From a virus: 58,752 bases of DNA. The stretch is from IMG/VR virus record IMGVR_UViG_3300045988_036009, one strand, 5' to 3'. Under the pieces are notes generated by a model. That model did no database searches and was not told where the DNA came from. It saw only the letters and a program-made list of their open reading frames with translations. Positions 48,043-57,458 of the stretch are shown piece by piece (positions within the stretch are counted from its first letter, which is position 1; each line of letters opens with the position of its first letter). Both the position numbers and the translations under genes were made by a program.

Positions 48043-48292
48043 TTATACCTCCTGTGCACGTTTTTCACACTTTTTGGCCCATTTTGCCCATTGTTATATA
48101 TAATAGTTAAAATTTTAACTGCCTTCTACAACAATATACATTCTGAACGATTTTTCGTGTTTTTGTGCGCCACTTTTTGCCAATTTCACGATTTTACCCC
48201 GAAATAGGCCCAATATCAGGCTAAAAAGGCTATTTTTCGTGTTTTTCGAACACAAAGTGACACAAGAATTTTTGTGTCAAAATGTGCTGAAA
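48043..48292. promoter_or_regulatory. 250-bp intergenic control region upstream of the replication genes (repeats, palindrome, hairpin); candidate promoter/operator or origin
   Basis: - Perfect 16-bp palindrome AGTTAAAATTTTAACT at 48105..48120, next to TATATATAAT.
- 15-bp direct repeat atttttcgtgttttt at 48150..48164 and 48232..48246.
- Repeated CAC(N)TTTTTG(G/C)CC motifs at about 48066 and 48171.
- Hairpin gacacaa/ttgtgtc at 48259..48278. Confidence 0.45.
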
Positions 48293-48556
48293 TCACCAAA
48301 GAATACGAAATTCCAGCCCATATTCGCTAGTTTTTTCGTCCAAATCATGCCAAAAGTCCCTCTCAAATACCAAATCATACTCGAATCCAAGGACTTCTGC
48401 ACGGAAATATTGCCCTGGTTCATACGTATCTTTCAGCTTTTCAGGCCCTTTATACATGAATTTGAACCCATTAATCTGGCCAATACTATCTTTTCGATAG
48501 ATAATACCAACCCAATTATGATCTTTAAAGACCTTGAAATCAATGCTCTTTCCCAT
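48293..48556 (-). CDS. Hypothetical protein
   Basis: Start set at the ATG at 48556 (MGKSIDFKVF...) after GAGGAG-N7. Confidence 0.6.
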   Translation of the reverse strand: MGKSIDFKVFKDHNWVGIIYRKDSIGQINGFKFMYKGPEKLKDTYEPGQYFRAEVLGFEYDLVFERDFWHDLDEKTSEYGLEFRILW

Positions 48557-48959
48557 CGATTTGCTCCTCATCAATATGAACAATACGACCATCTGGCAAT
48601 TTCACAGCAACGGTTTCATTGTTCGCTTTAATGGTAGTAGTTACTTTATCAACTTTAGGTTTCTGGATACGAGTTGAATTAATAACAACATTAAATTCAC
48701 GGTCAAGACCACCAGTAATAGTGATAGTGTCACCTTCGTCCATATGTGTAATCAACTCATCAATAAGTTCATTGACACGCTTAACTCCCATAATATCATG
48801 AGTACCCAAACCATTATATTCTCTGTTCATCATCTTTTCTCCTATAGTCCCTTTACTAATTTTCGGAAATCCAGCAGCCTCTCTAGACCAATTTGGAATA
48901 ATCACATGATCTGGATTATGTGTAATTCCGTACAATGCTTCATCAATTTTATTGTCCAT
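48540..48959 (-). CDS. Hypothetical protein
   Basis: 139-aa ORF in the same-strand array. No motif recognised. Confidence 0.6.
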   Translation of the reverse strand: MDNKIDEALYGITHNPDHVIIPNWSREAAGFPKISKGTIGEKMMNREYNGLGTHDIMGVKRVNELIDELITHMDEGDTITITGGLDREFNVVINSTRIQKPKVDKVTTTIKANNETVAVKLPDGRIVHIDEEQIDGKEH

Positions 48960-49134
48960 CTTGTTCCTTCAATTCTTTCCGTCCAGGAAATTGAAAATCG
49001 GGGAATTTAATCAACTCCCCGGTCTCCGAATTAAATGCCCACCGTCGATCATGGCTTGTCCACCATTTGCTAACGGCTTCGCCAGTTATTCCACGGCTCT
49101 CAAGTTCCTTACAAACAGGATTTTTATTAGTCAT
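48949..49134 (-). CDS. Hypothetical small protein
   Basis: Start set at the ATG at 49134 (MTNKNPVCKELESRG...), overlapping the upstream stop. Confidence 0.5.
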   Translation of the reverse strand: MTNKNPVCKELESRGITGEAVSKWWTSHDRRWAFNSETGELIKFPDFQFPGRKELKEQDGQ

Positions 49135-50026
49135 CGTCCAATCCTTCTTTCTCAAAGAAAATGGTTTCACCTTCCTTATCCACAATTTTATCGAAAGGAC
49201 AATCAGTCTTCTCGAAATATGTAGTGAAAGATCCATCACCATTAGCCACAATACGAACAACCTCACCTTTCTCAATACGAGATAACATCATATCAAGCAT
49301 AACGCGATCGTTCTCTTTTTTAGCTTCTTCTTTTTGCATCTCACGAACGTAATACGAGATTGCGTCGATACCGTCGGGGAATTCATACACAGCCTTATGA
49401 CCGTAATCCACCTTAACAGATTTAGGCAATGTACTAGGATGCAGTGCGTTTGAGATTTCGAATAATTTATCCTGGTCAACTTCGAGATTTAACTCCAATT
49501 TCTCAGGGCCTTTTAAATGAATCCCAGAGAACTGAGGTTGGTATTTAATACCCTTATCCGCAAGGCCTTCTTCAATTGCTTTTTGGAGAGAACCGGTTTT
49601 ACCATCACGACGACCGGGAATAAAAACCATAGCTTTTGATTTGGTTTCATCGATAGATTTCACAACCGAAGTATTAGCCTTCTTAAGAATATCCTCAATG
49701 TTACCATCGAGCTCTTTTAGGCGTAATTCCTTCCATTCAGCCGCCTTTTTACCTTTCAACCAGCATGCAGCCATCGCAGCATAGTTGGACAGGTCTTCTA
49801 AGGTGTCTACAAGGCTCTCAGAGGCGATCTGAGCGTCTTTATTCGGATCATTGAGTGAAACTAAGCGCTCGAATTTGTCGCTCATACGGACGATGCCAGC
49901 CACCAATCCGAACGTGTCTAAACTCTTCTCAAATGAGTTCCCATAGTCGTGATTTTTACGTTTGAAGGTCTCAAGTTGGTGATTATATTGGTCTTCCATT
50001 GATTTAGGTGTTACTTTATCAGTCAT
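49127..50026 (-). CDS. Hypothetical protein with DUF1599-like N-terminal domain
   Basis: Start set at the ATG at 50026 (MTDKVTPKSMEDQ...) after GGAGGA. ...KRKNHDYGNSFEKSLDTFGLVAGIVRMSDKFERLVSL resembles the K..DYG...G..G...R..DK..RL signature as I remember it. Confidence 0.5.
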   Translation of the reverse strand: MTDKVTPKSMEDQYNHQLETFKRKNHDYGNSFEKSLDTFGLVAGIVRMSDKFERLVSLNDPNKDAQIASESLVDTLEDLSNYAAMAACWLKGKKAAEWKELRLKELDGNIEDILKKANTSVVKSIDETKSKAMVFIPGRRDGKTGSLQKAIEEGLADKGIKYQPQFSGIHLKGPEKLELNLEVDQDKLFEISNALHPSTLPKSVKVDYGHKAVYEFPDGIDAISYYVREMQKEEAKKENDRVMLDMMLSRIEKGEVVRIVANGDGSFTTYFEKTDCPFDKIVDKEGETIFFEKEGLDDD

Positions 50027-50582
50027 TGTCGTATTTTCCTCCATTAACATTTACTTTAATATCTTTTATTCCTGAACGTTCAATTAGTATCGACTTAATA
50101 TCATCTTCCGCAAACACATATATTGCATCAATACCACTCCAAACGAGACCCGCATCTTTGTGGACTGTATAAATAAGAATTTTATGACCACGCAGATCAT
50201 GATCCCACTTACGCTCCATCTTAAATACACGGTCGAAACGGAATTCTGTATGATCGATCTTTCTATGAGAAACAATTGTTACTCTACTAATATCGTTATT
50301 ATACGGGAAGAAGCGGATCTTTTCAAAATCAGTCCCAGCAGTACGCTCAGAAATAAACATCTTAGCTTTCTCAGCATCAAAATAATTCATATCATTAACC
50401 TGAATATTATCCACTTCATTCATAGTGATGATTTTAGTATCAAGACGATCCAAAGTCTCATGATAACGAAGTAAGATATAGTTCTCATGATACTCAATAT
50501 CGACCACCAAATCAATCCAATCCTTACGACGTGGAGCAATATAATCAATGGTTACGGTCTTATATTGTTGTTTGCCTCTCAT
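50019..50582 (-). CDS. Hypothetical protein
   Basis: Start set at the ATG at 50582 (MRGKQQYKTV...) after AAAGGGGAG, 1 nt after the upstream stop. Confidence 0.6.
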   Translation of the reverse strand: MRGKQQYKTVTIDYIAPRRKDWIDLVVDIEYHENYILLRYHETLDRLDTKIITMNEVDNIQVNDMNYFDAEKAKMFISERTAGTDFEKIRFFPYNNDISRVTIVSHRKIDHTEFRFDRVFKMERKWDHDLRGHKILIYTVHKDAGLVWSGIDAIYVFAEDDIKSILIERSGIKDIKVNVNGGKYDND

Positions 50583-50583
50583 C

Positions 50584-50979
50584 TTACTCCCCTTTCTCAT
50601 TAGCATATCGAAGAATGTTTGCAACGGCGTGAAGATGTGGGACGACGAAATCCAATGAATTATAGTCATCACCATCACCTAGATGGTTACAATCAAATCC
50701 TACGACAGTACAATCGTCTTCATTCTCAAGATATGTAATTCCACCATGGATGAAATCATCAACATCTTCAAGAGCGTCAATGTCCGCTCCATAGAATTTG
50801 TCGCCTTTTGGTATATATACGTATCCAGTATACCACCAAACACGCATAGACATGTCTTCGTTTCCTGGCATGGCAGAAATTAATCTGATGTTATGTATAT
50901 CAAATGAAATACGTTTAACCACACATTTATAGCCGTTACTAATGAATTGTTTTACAACATCAATACCTGCTTTACTCAT
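50584..50979 (-). CDS. Hypothetical protein
   Basis: Start set at the ATG at 50979 (MSKAGIDVVKQ...) after AAGGAG. Contains ...FIHGGITYLENEDDCTVVGFDCNHLGDGDD, function unknown. Confidence 0.6.
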   Translation of the reverse strand: MSKAGIDVVKQFISNGYKCVVKRISFDIHNIRLISAMPGNEDMSMRVWWYTGYVYIPKGDKFYGADIDALEDVDDFIHGGITYLENEDDCTVVGFDCNHLGDGDDYNSLDFVVPHLHAVANILRYANEKGE

Positions 50980-50992
50980 TACTCTATTCTCC

Positions 50993-51241
50993 TTAATCAT
51001 ATGGTCGAGGATAAATTTCTCTGAAATCTTCCTCAGTCTCAAAATATTCCACTAGTCCGATGTTGGATGTGGGAATATATACACACTTACGGGCATTATT
51101 AACCAATTCAATCTTTAAAAATCCAGCTTGATCTCTTAAGAAATAGTAATCGCTGACATCGAAAAAGATGTGAATAGGTAAACCCTTACCCGTCGTTGAC
51201 TTTTTATCGTCAATATAGTTGACGACCATAACACCGGCCAT
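50993..51241 (-). CDS. Hypothetical protein
   Basis: 82-aa ORF with TAGGAG RBS. Confidence 0.6.
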   Translation of the reverse strand: MAGVMVVNYIDDKKSTTGKGLPIHIFFDVSDYYFLRDQAGFLKIELVNNARKCVYIPTSNIGLVEYFETEEDFREIYPRPYD

Positions 51242-51250
51242 GATAAACTC

Positions 51251-51739
51251 CTATTTATTCAATATTAATTTCACAAATTCCTTGTTTACAGCACCAAGTT
51301 CCAACATGTCATTCAAATATGCTTCACCACGCGCAATTGTTTCTTTATCTACATGTGCGCTTTTAGCACTGATTGTGTCTAGACGCTTGAATGTGAAGAT
51401 ATCAGCGTTTGGTTCCATTAGTTGTTTACAGAAAATGAGCGGAAATTCAATAGTTTCGTCATCAGAAATCTTCAATTGTGACAATACATCAATATCCCAA
51501 CCAAAGAAATGGTCTTTAGCTTCAATTTTCTTACCTGCCATTTGGCGCAGCATAGCAACTGTGATTTTACCACCGTATTTAAGGTAGTCCATCATTGTGC
51601 TGAGGTTTAATTCAAGTTGGTCGTATTCACTAGACCCATAAGAACCTGGGTTGATTGCGTTAATGAATTCTGCTTGCTTTTTGAAGTGTTTAGTTTTCAA
51701 TACTGGAATGCGTGTAATATCCATTTTAATTGTAGTCAT
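51251..51739 (-). CDS. Hypothetical protein
   Basis: Start set at the ATG at 51739 (MTTIKMDITR...) after AAAGGAGAA. Confidence 0.6.
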   Translation of the reverse strand: MTTIKMDITRIPVLKTKHFKKQAEFINAINPGSYGSSEYDQLELNLSTMMDYLKYGGKITVAMLRQMAGKKIEAKDHFFGWDIDVLSQLKISDDETIEFPLIFCKQLMEPNADIFTFKRLDTISAKSAHVDKETIARGEAYLNDMLELGAVNKEFVKLILNK

Positions 51740-52457
51740 TATGTTCTCCTTTAACAATATCAATGCATGTGTTTAAAATGTCGTGCTCCATAAGTAATAA
51801 ATCCTTAGGAGTGTAGTGTAGACTGCTTTTTGTCTTAGAATATAACCCGTAGTGACTATTGTAGTCAATATCAGATACATCCGGCCAATTAAAGCGTCCG
51901 TCAATGCGTGAGTTAAATAACTCGTCTGTAATTTGTGAGTGAGGTGGAATTTTGTATCCACTAATATATGGGATCTTGTATCCGTGCTGAGGCACATAAC
52001 AATTATTCGAGCTGTCATGCTGCAAGCGAATAGATACGAAATATCCTTTACTAAGACCATCCGCAATGTAGTTATCGAATTTGGTTTTGGAGTTACGAAT
52101 ATCCATCAGGAATTGTTTCATAGCGGCAGCCTCAGAGAATATGAACATTCTCAAGTCGCGGTTACGCTCAGATAATAATAGATAAGGAAATGGGATTCGC
52201 CAAAGCTTGTTTGTGAAATATCCAACCATCACATCGCAATACCCAGGAACGTAAATGTTTACACCTGGAGAATTCCGAATTCGATGTAAAATCCCACCCC
52301 GGGCAATTTTTGATAAATCGATTTCCGGATCAAGTGGTTTAAAATAGATACACTCAGTCAGAGCCTGCATAAGAAAAGACCCACGGTATTTGAGGGCCTC
52401 TTCTGTGTAGTCAGGTTCACTAAATGGTTTGAGGATTCCAATGTTTTCAATACCCAT
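51726..52457 (-). CDS. Hypothetical protein
   Basis: 243-aa ORF with TAGGAGGA RBS. Confidence 0.65.
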   Translation of the reverse strand: MGIENIGILKPFSEPDYTEEALKYRGSFLMQALTECIYFKPLDPEIDLSKIARGGILHRIRNSPGVNIYVPGYCDVMVGYFTNKLWRIPFPYLLLSERNRDLRMFIFSEAAAMKQFLMDIRNSKTKFDNYIADGLSKGYFVSIRLQHDSSNNCYVPQHGYKIPYISGYKIPPHSQITDELFNSRIDGRFNWPDVSDIDYNSHYGLYSKTKSSLHYTPKDLLLMEHDILNTCIDIVKGEHNDYN

Positions 52458-52466
52458 ATCGTCCTC

Positions 52467-53117
52467 CTATTTAAACATCTTCTCAGGAATATATAATCCC
52501 AGTCCTTCAGTCACTGTGTTATTATCTCCAAAAGTATATACCGCAGGAGCATTAGTTTGTTCTTGACGATACATGGAGAAGATATCACAGTGTGAGTTGA
52601 TCCAATGAATAACTTTACTTTCATCAAGTACCATCAGGTTAACCAACTCATCAAAAGAATTATCACGGTCACGAATAACACAGATGACAGGATCTTTCAA
52701 TTCTGGAGTCTTAACGCAGAAGAATTTGTGCATGCTCATCATGTCCAACTTATCCTGTAGTACACCGGTAGCGTTATGTAAAATCACCATACCGTTGAAG
52801 TCAAAACGTTCCTCAGAGCCCATTAAATAGTGCAGCACACCATAGCATTCTGAGTAATATGACTTCATGCCAGGATCAAGACTGTTATCTGCTGGAATAT
52901 TATCCCACCAATGTCCACCTTTCTTAGGTTTAACCCATTGGTTGAGGATTAATTTGTTTTTCCAGACCCAGTTAACTGCCCATTTGCTTACTTTCTTTTT
53001 AGTATTCTCCGGCAATTTCTCATGCCACTTCTTACGAAGAATAAAGAGGGCAAAAGAAGTAATAATATTCTTAAACCCTCGCACGATACCAGAGACGATT
53101 TTATTCATCGTCGTCAT
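52467..53117 (-). CDS. Hypothetical protein with N-terminal TM segment
   Basis: Start set at the ATG at 53117 (MTTMNKIVSG...), 6 nt after GGAGGA. TM segment NIITSFALFILR. Confidence 0.6.
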   Translation of the reverse strand: MTTMNKIVSGIVRGFKNIITSFALFILRKKWHEKLPENTKKKVSKWAVNWVWKNKLILNQWVKPKKGGHWWDNIPADNSLDPGMKSYYSECYGVLHYLMGSEERFDFNGMVILHNATGVLQDKLDMMSMHKFFCVKTPELKDPVICVIRDRDNSFDELVNLMVLDESKVIHWINSHCDIFSMYRQEQTNAPAVYTFGDNNTVTEGLGLYIPEKMFK

Positions 53118-54204
53118 CTTCGTCCTCCATGTCGTACACATATAGTTCAGGTTCTAATTTACCTTCCAAGATATCACCAATAGCTACGCCGCATTCACGA
53201 TATAGTGATTCAGCTTTGTCGTAGTCTTCTTTGGAGATATGGAATAATCCATAAGTACCATCATCATTTGCTCGCTTGCTTCCACGGTCATGCTCAATAT
53301 ATGAGACAAGAGTATCGTGGATTACTGGATCAATATCAGACTCGAAGTCTAGACCAAGAGTCTCTACAATCCAACCTGCGAATTCTTGTACGGTACCGAT
53401 ATCACCAGTGTCTGTGGATAAGCGGTCAGCGTATTCGAGAATAGCCTCAGCGACAGATGCGAAGTCAATATATGTGTTACCGAATGTGAAGTACTCAATA
53501 CGACGAGCAATAATATCTTCACGACGTCCCCAGTCACCGACCTTAGTCTTGCTAGGAAGGAATTCCCATGAGAACAATGCAATAAGATCCCGACGGAGAT
53601 TCTTATCTGTGATACCGTATCGATCTAGGACGAGGGCTTTGTAGTAGTCATATGCATCTGATGTGTTTTTGTCGTAAATAAGACGATCGTGTTCCATATC
53701 TGCTCCTTTCAATGTGGCAATTTGACGTGCCATGTCTTCAACTGACTCAAGAATATCGCGGATAGGACGATCAGCCTCACGATAATTATAGAAACGAGTC
53801 TTGTCTACATCCAATTTCTGAACGTATTCGTTTGTCAATCCATCAAGATCCATTTCTTGGATAATTTCCTCAGTAAGAGGATCGTATTCAGGGCCAAAGT
53901 TGATCTCGTATGGGCTCAATGTACGACGAATAAATCCGTCTTCTGTCTTGAACCAATCTAGCCCGTCATCTGGAAGACCTTCTAATTCACGTAGGTGTTT
54001 CTCGTTTTCGATCATACGAGCCTCGCGCTCTTTAGCTTCTTCTTCCAATTGCTTAGCCTCGGCTGCAGCTACGAGTTCGTCATAAGATAACCCGTCCGCC
54101 TCAAGCTCTTCCTCTTCTTTCCACCATTTGTAAATGCGGTAGGCGCCGTAACCGACGCCAGCTGCACCTGCAACACCTAATAATACTTTGACCAATGCTT
54201 TCAT
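53101..54204 (-). CDS. Hypothetical membrane-anchored acidic protein
   Basis: 367 aa, AGGAGG RBS. N-terminal anchor MKALVKVLLGVAGAAGVGYGAY, a Glu-rich coiled coil and a poly-acidic C-terminus DMEDEDDDDE. Confidence 0.65.
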   Translation of the reverse strand: MKALVKVLLGVAGAAGVGYGAYRIYKWWKEEEELEADGLSYDELVAAAEAKQLEEEAKEREARMIENEKHLRELEGLPDDGLDWFKTEDGFIRRTLSPYEINFGPEYDPLTEEIIQEMDLDGLTNEYVQKLDVDKTRFYNYREADRPIRDILESVEDMARQIATLKGADMEHDRLIYDKNTSDAYDYYKALVLDRYGITDKNLRRDLIALFSWEFLPSKTKVGDWGRREDIIARRIEYFTFGNTYIDFASVAEAILEYADRLSTDTGDIGTVQEFAGWIVETLGLDFESDIDPVIHDTLVSYIEHDRGSKRANDDGTYGLFHISKEDYDKAESLYRECGVAIGDILEGKLEPELYVYDMEDEDDDDE

Positions 54205-54222
54205 TTTATAATACCTCCTGTA

Positions 54223-55083
54223 TTAAGCCAATTCTTTACGACCTGGAATAAGATCCCGGAAGTTTGTCGTAGCGTACAAGTTACGTGGGCACTTCCAGCG
54301 AACATAGATTTGTGGCTCATGCATTTGTTCTTCTGCATTCCACACTTCCATGATATCGTATTCAATATAGAATCCATCAGTATCTGTCCAACCAAATGGT
54401 AGAGCAGCCTTAGGTACATCGAATCCTAGTTGATCCAACATATCAGAGAAGTTCAATACACCTTTACGTGCAATCTTCTCTTCCAATGCCCGAGTGGATT
54501 CACGGATCCATTGTTCGTTGTATTCTGGACTATCTGATGCGTAGTTCGCAGAATATTTGAACCAGTTACCATACATCAATCCTTCCTTAGGAACGAATGA
54601 TTGTGCTTCTTTACCATCTTCTTCGATCGTCACTTGATCCATTGGTGTGTCGATCTTCTTAAATGTTTCTTCATCTAAGACTTCTTTACATTGTAGACGG
54701 TAGCGAGCGTGTTCTTCAGTAACTGCAGTAAGGGCAGCAGATACAGCTTTAAGACGGTTTGTTTGGATGGCAAATCCCAATCCAATAGCAGCAGTAGATG
54801 CGACAGCAATAGCAACTGGTACAGCAACGTCTTTAGTTACGTCTTTGATAACGTCCATACGAGTGTATTCTTCACCAGCAGCATCTTTAGCTTCGTATTT
54901 TGCTTTGGTTGCTTCGAGTTTCTTACCAGATTTGATACCTTGATATACGGCAATACCATATCCAACAAGTCCAGTAGTAACCAAAGCGATAGGTGCGTAC
55001 TTCTTGCCCAAGATTTTAGCTGTGTTGTATGTAGTTTTAGTAGCTGCTTTGATAGCTTTTGCATTAAATTTAGGTAATTTCAT
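54223..55083 (-). CDS. Hypothetical membrane protein (two TM segments)
   Basis: 286 aa, AAAGGAGAA RBS. TM segments APIALVTTGLVGYGIAVY and VAVPVAIAVASTAAIGLGFAI. Confidence 0.65.
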   Translation of the reverse strand: MKLPKFNAKAIKAATKTTYNTAKILGKKYAPIALVTTGLVGYGIAVYQGIKSGKKLEATKAKYEAKDAAGEEYTRMDVIKDVTKDVAVPVAIAVASTAAIGLGFAIQTNRLKAVSAALTAVTEEHARYRLQCKEVLDEETFKKIDTPMDQVTIEEDGKEAQSFVPKEGLMYGNWFKYSANYASDSPEYNEQWIRESTRALEEKIARKGVLNFSDMLDQLGFDVPKAALPFGWTDTDGFYIEYDIMEVWNAEEQMHEPQIYVRWKCPRNLYATTNFRDLIPGRKELA

Positions 55084-55101
55084 TTTGTTTCTCCTTTTCT
55101 C

Positions 55102-55353
55102 TTAACCACGATTGATTCTAACATTCTCTGAAAATGATTGATGATCTTCACTATTCTCATATAAGAATGTTAACCCTGAACTGTTGACACTTGAAAAATG
55201 ACTTGTGGCAACACACGATTTGTTTTTGTTGATATGATCAATATGATTGAATGTAATGCTCCAATCATGCTGATGAATATGTAGATCCACATTTGTTACT
55301 TTCTCAAATAACAATGGACGTTGATCACCTTTAGGATAAATTCTAAGTCGCAT
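55102..55353 (-). CDS. Hypothetical protein
   Basis: 83-aa ORF with GGAGGAA RBS. Confidence 0.6.
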   Translation of the reverse strand: MRLRIYPKGDQRPLLFEKVTNVDLHIHQHDWSITFNHIDHINKNKSCVATSHFSSVNSSGLTFLYENSEDHQSFSENVRINRG

Positions 55354-55609
55354 AAAGTTCCTCCATTAGCTTATCGACTGCGCTATCGATAGCCTTCTTT
55401 CTTTTACAACTAAATGTGAATTCAGGAATATCGTAAAACGGATAAACCTTGAATCCATCAGTAACTCTGAATATGTATTCGTGTCCGTCAACAGATATAG
55501 TATAAATACTATTATCCTCAGACAATGAGATATTATCTACGTCATGGAATGTATCGATGTACATGTTATCCATTAGTAATATAACATTAAGTTTTACTTC
55601 TACTTTCAT
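55343..55609 (-). CDS. Hypothetical protein
   Basis: 88-aa ORF with GGAGG RBS. Confidence 0.6.
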   Translation of the reverse strand: MKVEVKLNVILLMDNMYIDTFHDVDNISLSEDNSIYTISVDGHEYIFRVTDGFKVYPFYDIPEFTFSCKRKKAIDSAVDKLMEELYAT

Positions 55610-55787
55610 AAGCAGCCTCCAATACTAGTGCAGCTATTGTCAGCTCAAATAAGAAGAACACTCCACAAATAACCCACACTAATGTCCATGCTTCAAATGC
55701 TTTAAACCAAATGAATGCGTAAAACAAGAAGATATGAGTTAACATAATGGGTATGGAAAGTAGTAATGCTTTTAAAAACTTTACCAT
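55587..55787 (-). CDS. Small two-TM membrane protein
   Basis: 66 aa, almost entirely hydrophobic (LLLSIPIMLTHIFLFYAFIWF...TLVWVICGVFFLFELTIAALVL). Confidence 0.55.
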   Translation of the reverse strand: MVKFLKALLLSIPIMLTHIFLFYAFIWFKAFEAWTLVWVICGVFFLFELTIAALVLEAAYESRSKT

Positions 55788-55790
55788 TTA

Positions 55791-55880
55791 CTAATCCTCT
55801 CTTACCCAAAGATATGCCAGCACGAACCAACCGAATGGTGGTGTGCACAATAAAAACAAAGTTCCCAAACAACTACGCAT
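55791..55880 (-). CDS. Possible 29-aa hydrophobic peptide
   Basis: ATG at 55880, 6 nt after GAGGAGG (MRSCLGTLFLLCTPPFGWFVLAYLWVRED). Below the ORF-track cutoff and overlaps the end of 55873..56040. Confidence 0.35.
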   Translation of the reverse strand: MRSCLGTLFLLCTPPFGWFVLAYLWVRED

Positions 55881-56040
55881 CTTTGACCTCCTCAGCTGTA
55901 CCAGCCATGATATCGACCCAGAATCTTTTACCGGATTTAGAATCGTGATACATATCTCCATCCTGATCCCATCCACCTCTAAAGAAAACCTCTTTCAATT
56001 TTTCAAACGGTGGTAACTCTTTTGGCCATTCCTTTGTCAT
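55873..56040 (-). CDS. Possible 55-aa protein
   Basis: Own translation MTKEWPKELPPFEKLKEVFFRGGWDQDGDMYHDSKSGKRFWVDIMAGTAEEVKDA. The ATG lies 2 nt after the upstream stop with AAAGAGGA upstream. It fills an otherwise unexplained gap better than track ORF 55791..55976. Confidence 0.45.
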   Translation of the reverse strand: MTKEWPKELPPFEKLKEVFFRGGWDQDGDMYHDSKSGKRFWVDIMAGTAEEVKDA

Positions 56041-56042
56041 AC

Positions 56043-56303
56043 TCAGTCCTCTTTCTTCTTAAATTTGCAGCAGATTTCCCATTTAGATCCGTCAGCTAAC
56101 GGTCTAATATCAACTTTGGATTTGAGCCAAAGATAATCAAAGTCCCGTGGATCAAATCTGTCTTCTGGAAAATCCAGAAGTATTTTAAAATCACGTAATG
56201 TCATCTCATCAACTGTATCCATATGACCGACAATACGTTTAAGCTTGGCAATGTCAGAGGTTACTAGACCTTGTGACATTATCCTATTCCAATGATTGCC
56301 CAT
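56043..56303 (-). CDS. Hypothetical protein
   Basis: 86-aa ORF. The ATG overlaps the upstream stop. Confidence 0.6.
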   Translation of the reverse strand: MGNHWNRIMSQGLVTSDIAKLKRIVGHMDTVDEMTLRDFKILLDFPEDRFDPRDFDYLWLKSKVDIRPLADGSKWEICCKFKKKED

Positions 56304-56551
56304 TATTTCTTCTCTCGAAATCGCTCCTGCAATTTCTTAATCCTTCCTATTTCACAAATTTCTAGAAAAATGTAAAATGCGGCTACTAAAAAACCTAAAA
56401 ACCATAATGTTGCAAATTGAACTTGTAACCAAAGATGCTTTCCGCTTAAAACGATCGCACAATACATAAAGATTCCAAACAATATAAATACTATCGCATA
56501 GAATACTATGTTGGTTAACTGATTGAAATATGGTTTGATTTTATCCTTCAT
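56303..56551 (-). CDS. Small three-TM membrane protein
   Basis: Start set at the ATG at 56551 (MKDKIKPYFNQLTNIVFYAIVFILFGIFMYCAIVL...), adjacent to the upstream stop. Confidence 0.6.
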   Translation of the reverse strand: MKDKIKPYFNQLTNIVFYAIVFILFGIFMYCAIVLSGKHLWLQVQFATLWFLGFLVAAFYIFLEICEIGRIKKLQERFREKK

Positions 56552-56552
56552 C

Positions 56553-57206
56553 TTACACCTCCACTGGTTGTGGAAATTGGATTTTGTATCCCCCACCACG
56601 AGCCGCAACAATACGTGCTCCATTTAGACCACCGCTTGATACAGACCAGCCGTATGAGTGATCAGTAAATGACGCTGCGTTATCTGTGAGTTCGTAATAA
56701 TCCCCAACAGTAACTACATCATATTGGTTGAGATTTGCCAGAAGTACATTAAATACTTCCTGTGCCTCTTGTCGAGTCTCGAACGCAATATCATTCACAA
56801 TATTACTAGCTCGAGTATTCCGATGGGCAAAGCTCTTAGTGTAATCCGTTTGCTTTCCACGATATGTATCCATACGGGTTACGTTATTACCACGTCCCCA
56901 GAACGATCCTACATTTGCTCGACGGTGAATATAGTCATCACCAAAAATGGCTCTCTGCACAGCTGTGACCAATACGTCAGCCACGGTGTTTTGAATAGAT
57001 GGTACAATAACTTCTTGTACCATATGTGTAGCAGCTCCACGGAATCCTTCTTCACCAAATAACACATGACTAAACCATTTACCAACACCAGGCTTCTCAA
57101 TACGCCCTTTAGCTACTGGTTCGATGTGTTTCTCGGTGAGTTCATGGTCTCCGACATTAGCCGTACGTAATTTGACTTTATCATAGTCTGTCTTTTTATT
57201 ACTCAT
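56553..57206 (-). CDS. Hypothetical protein
   Basis: 217-aa ORF with CAGGAGAA RBS. No motif recognised. Confidence 0.65.
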   Translation of the reverse strand: MSNKKTDYDKVKLRTANVGDHELTEKHIEPVAKGRIEKPGVGKWFSHVLFGEEGFRGAATHMVQEVIVPSIQNTVADVLVTAVQRAIFGDDYIHRRANVGSFWGRGNNVTRMDTYRGKQTDYTKSFAHRNTRASNIVNDIAFETRQEAQEVFNVLLANLNQYDVVTVGDYYELTDNAASFTDHSYGWSVSSGGLNGARIVAARGGGYKIQFPQPVEV

Positions 57207-57453
57207 TAATTCTCCTGCTTTCTATAGTTGCGATCCATCGTGCATCATCCATTTCCATATGCTTCTGTACTCCGGATACTGCATAATATCGCTCACCCTT
57301 GAACATCATCATATTATGATAGACGTTCAACTCCGTCGCAATATCCGCTAATGCGATATCACGAGGGCCATCCAATGGGATGACAAATGTGAAATGATTT
57401 GGTAGATGGTTCTTAACCTGAACAACCCCATAATCTTCCAAAATAACTGCCAT
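57199..57453 (-). CDS. Hypothetical protein
   Basis: 84-aa ORF. Weak RBS, but it fits the array. Confidence 0.55.
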   Translation of the reverse strand: MAVILEDYGVVQVKNHLPNHFTFVIPLDGPRDIALADIATELNVYHNMMMFKGERYYAVSGVQKHMEMDDARWIATIESRRINE

Positions 57454-57458
57454 AAATA

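Noticed and set aside
48239-48631. 130-aa plus-strand ORF spanning the control region and gene 48293..48556
   Set aside because: It has no RBS, overlaps a well-supported minus-strand gene antisense, and starts inside the repeat-rich intergenic region.
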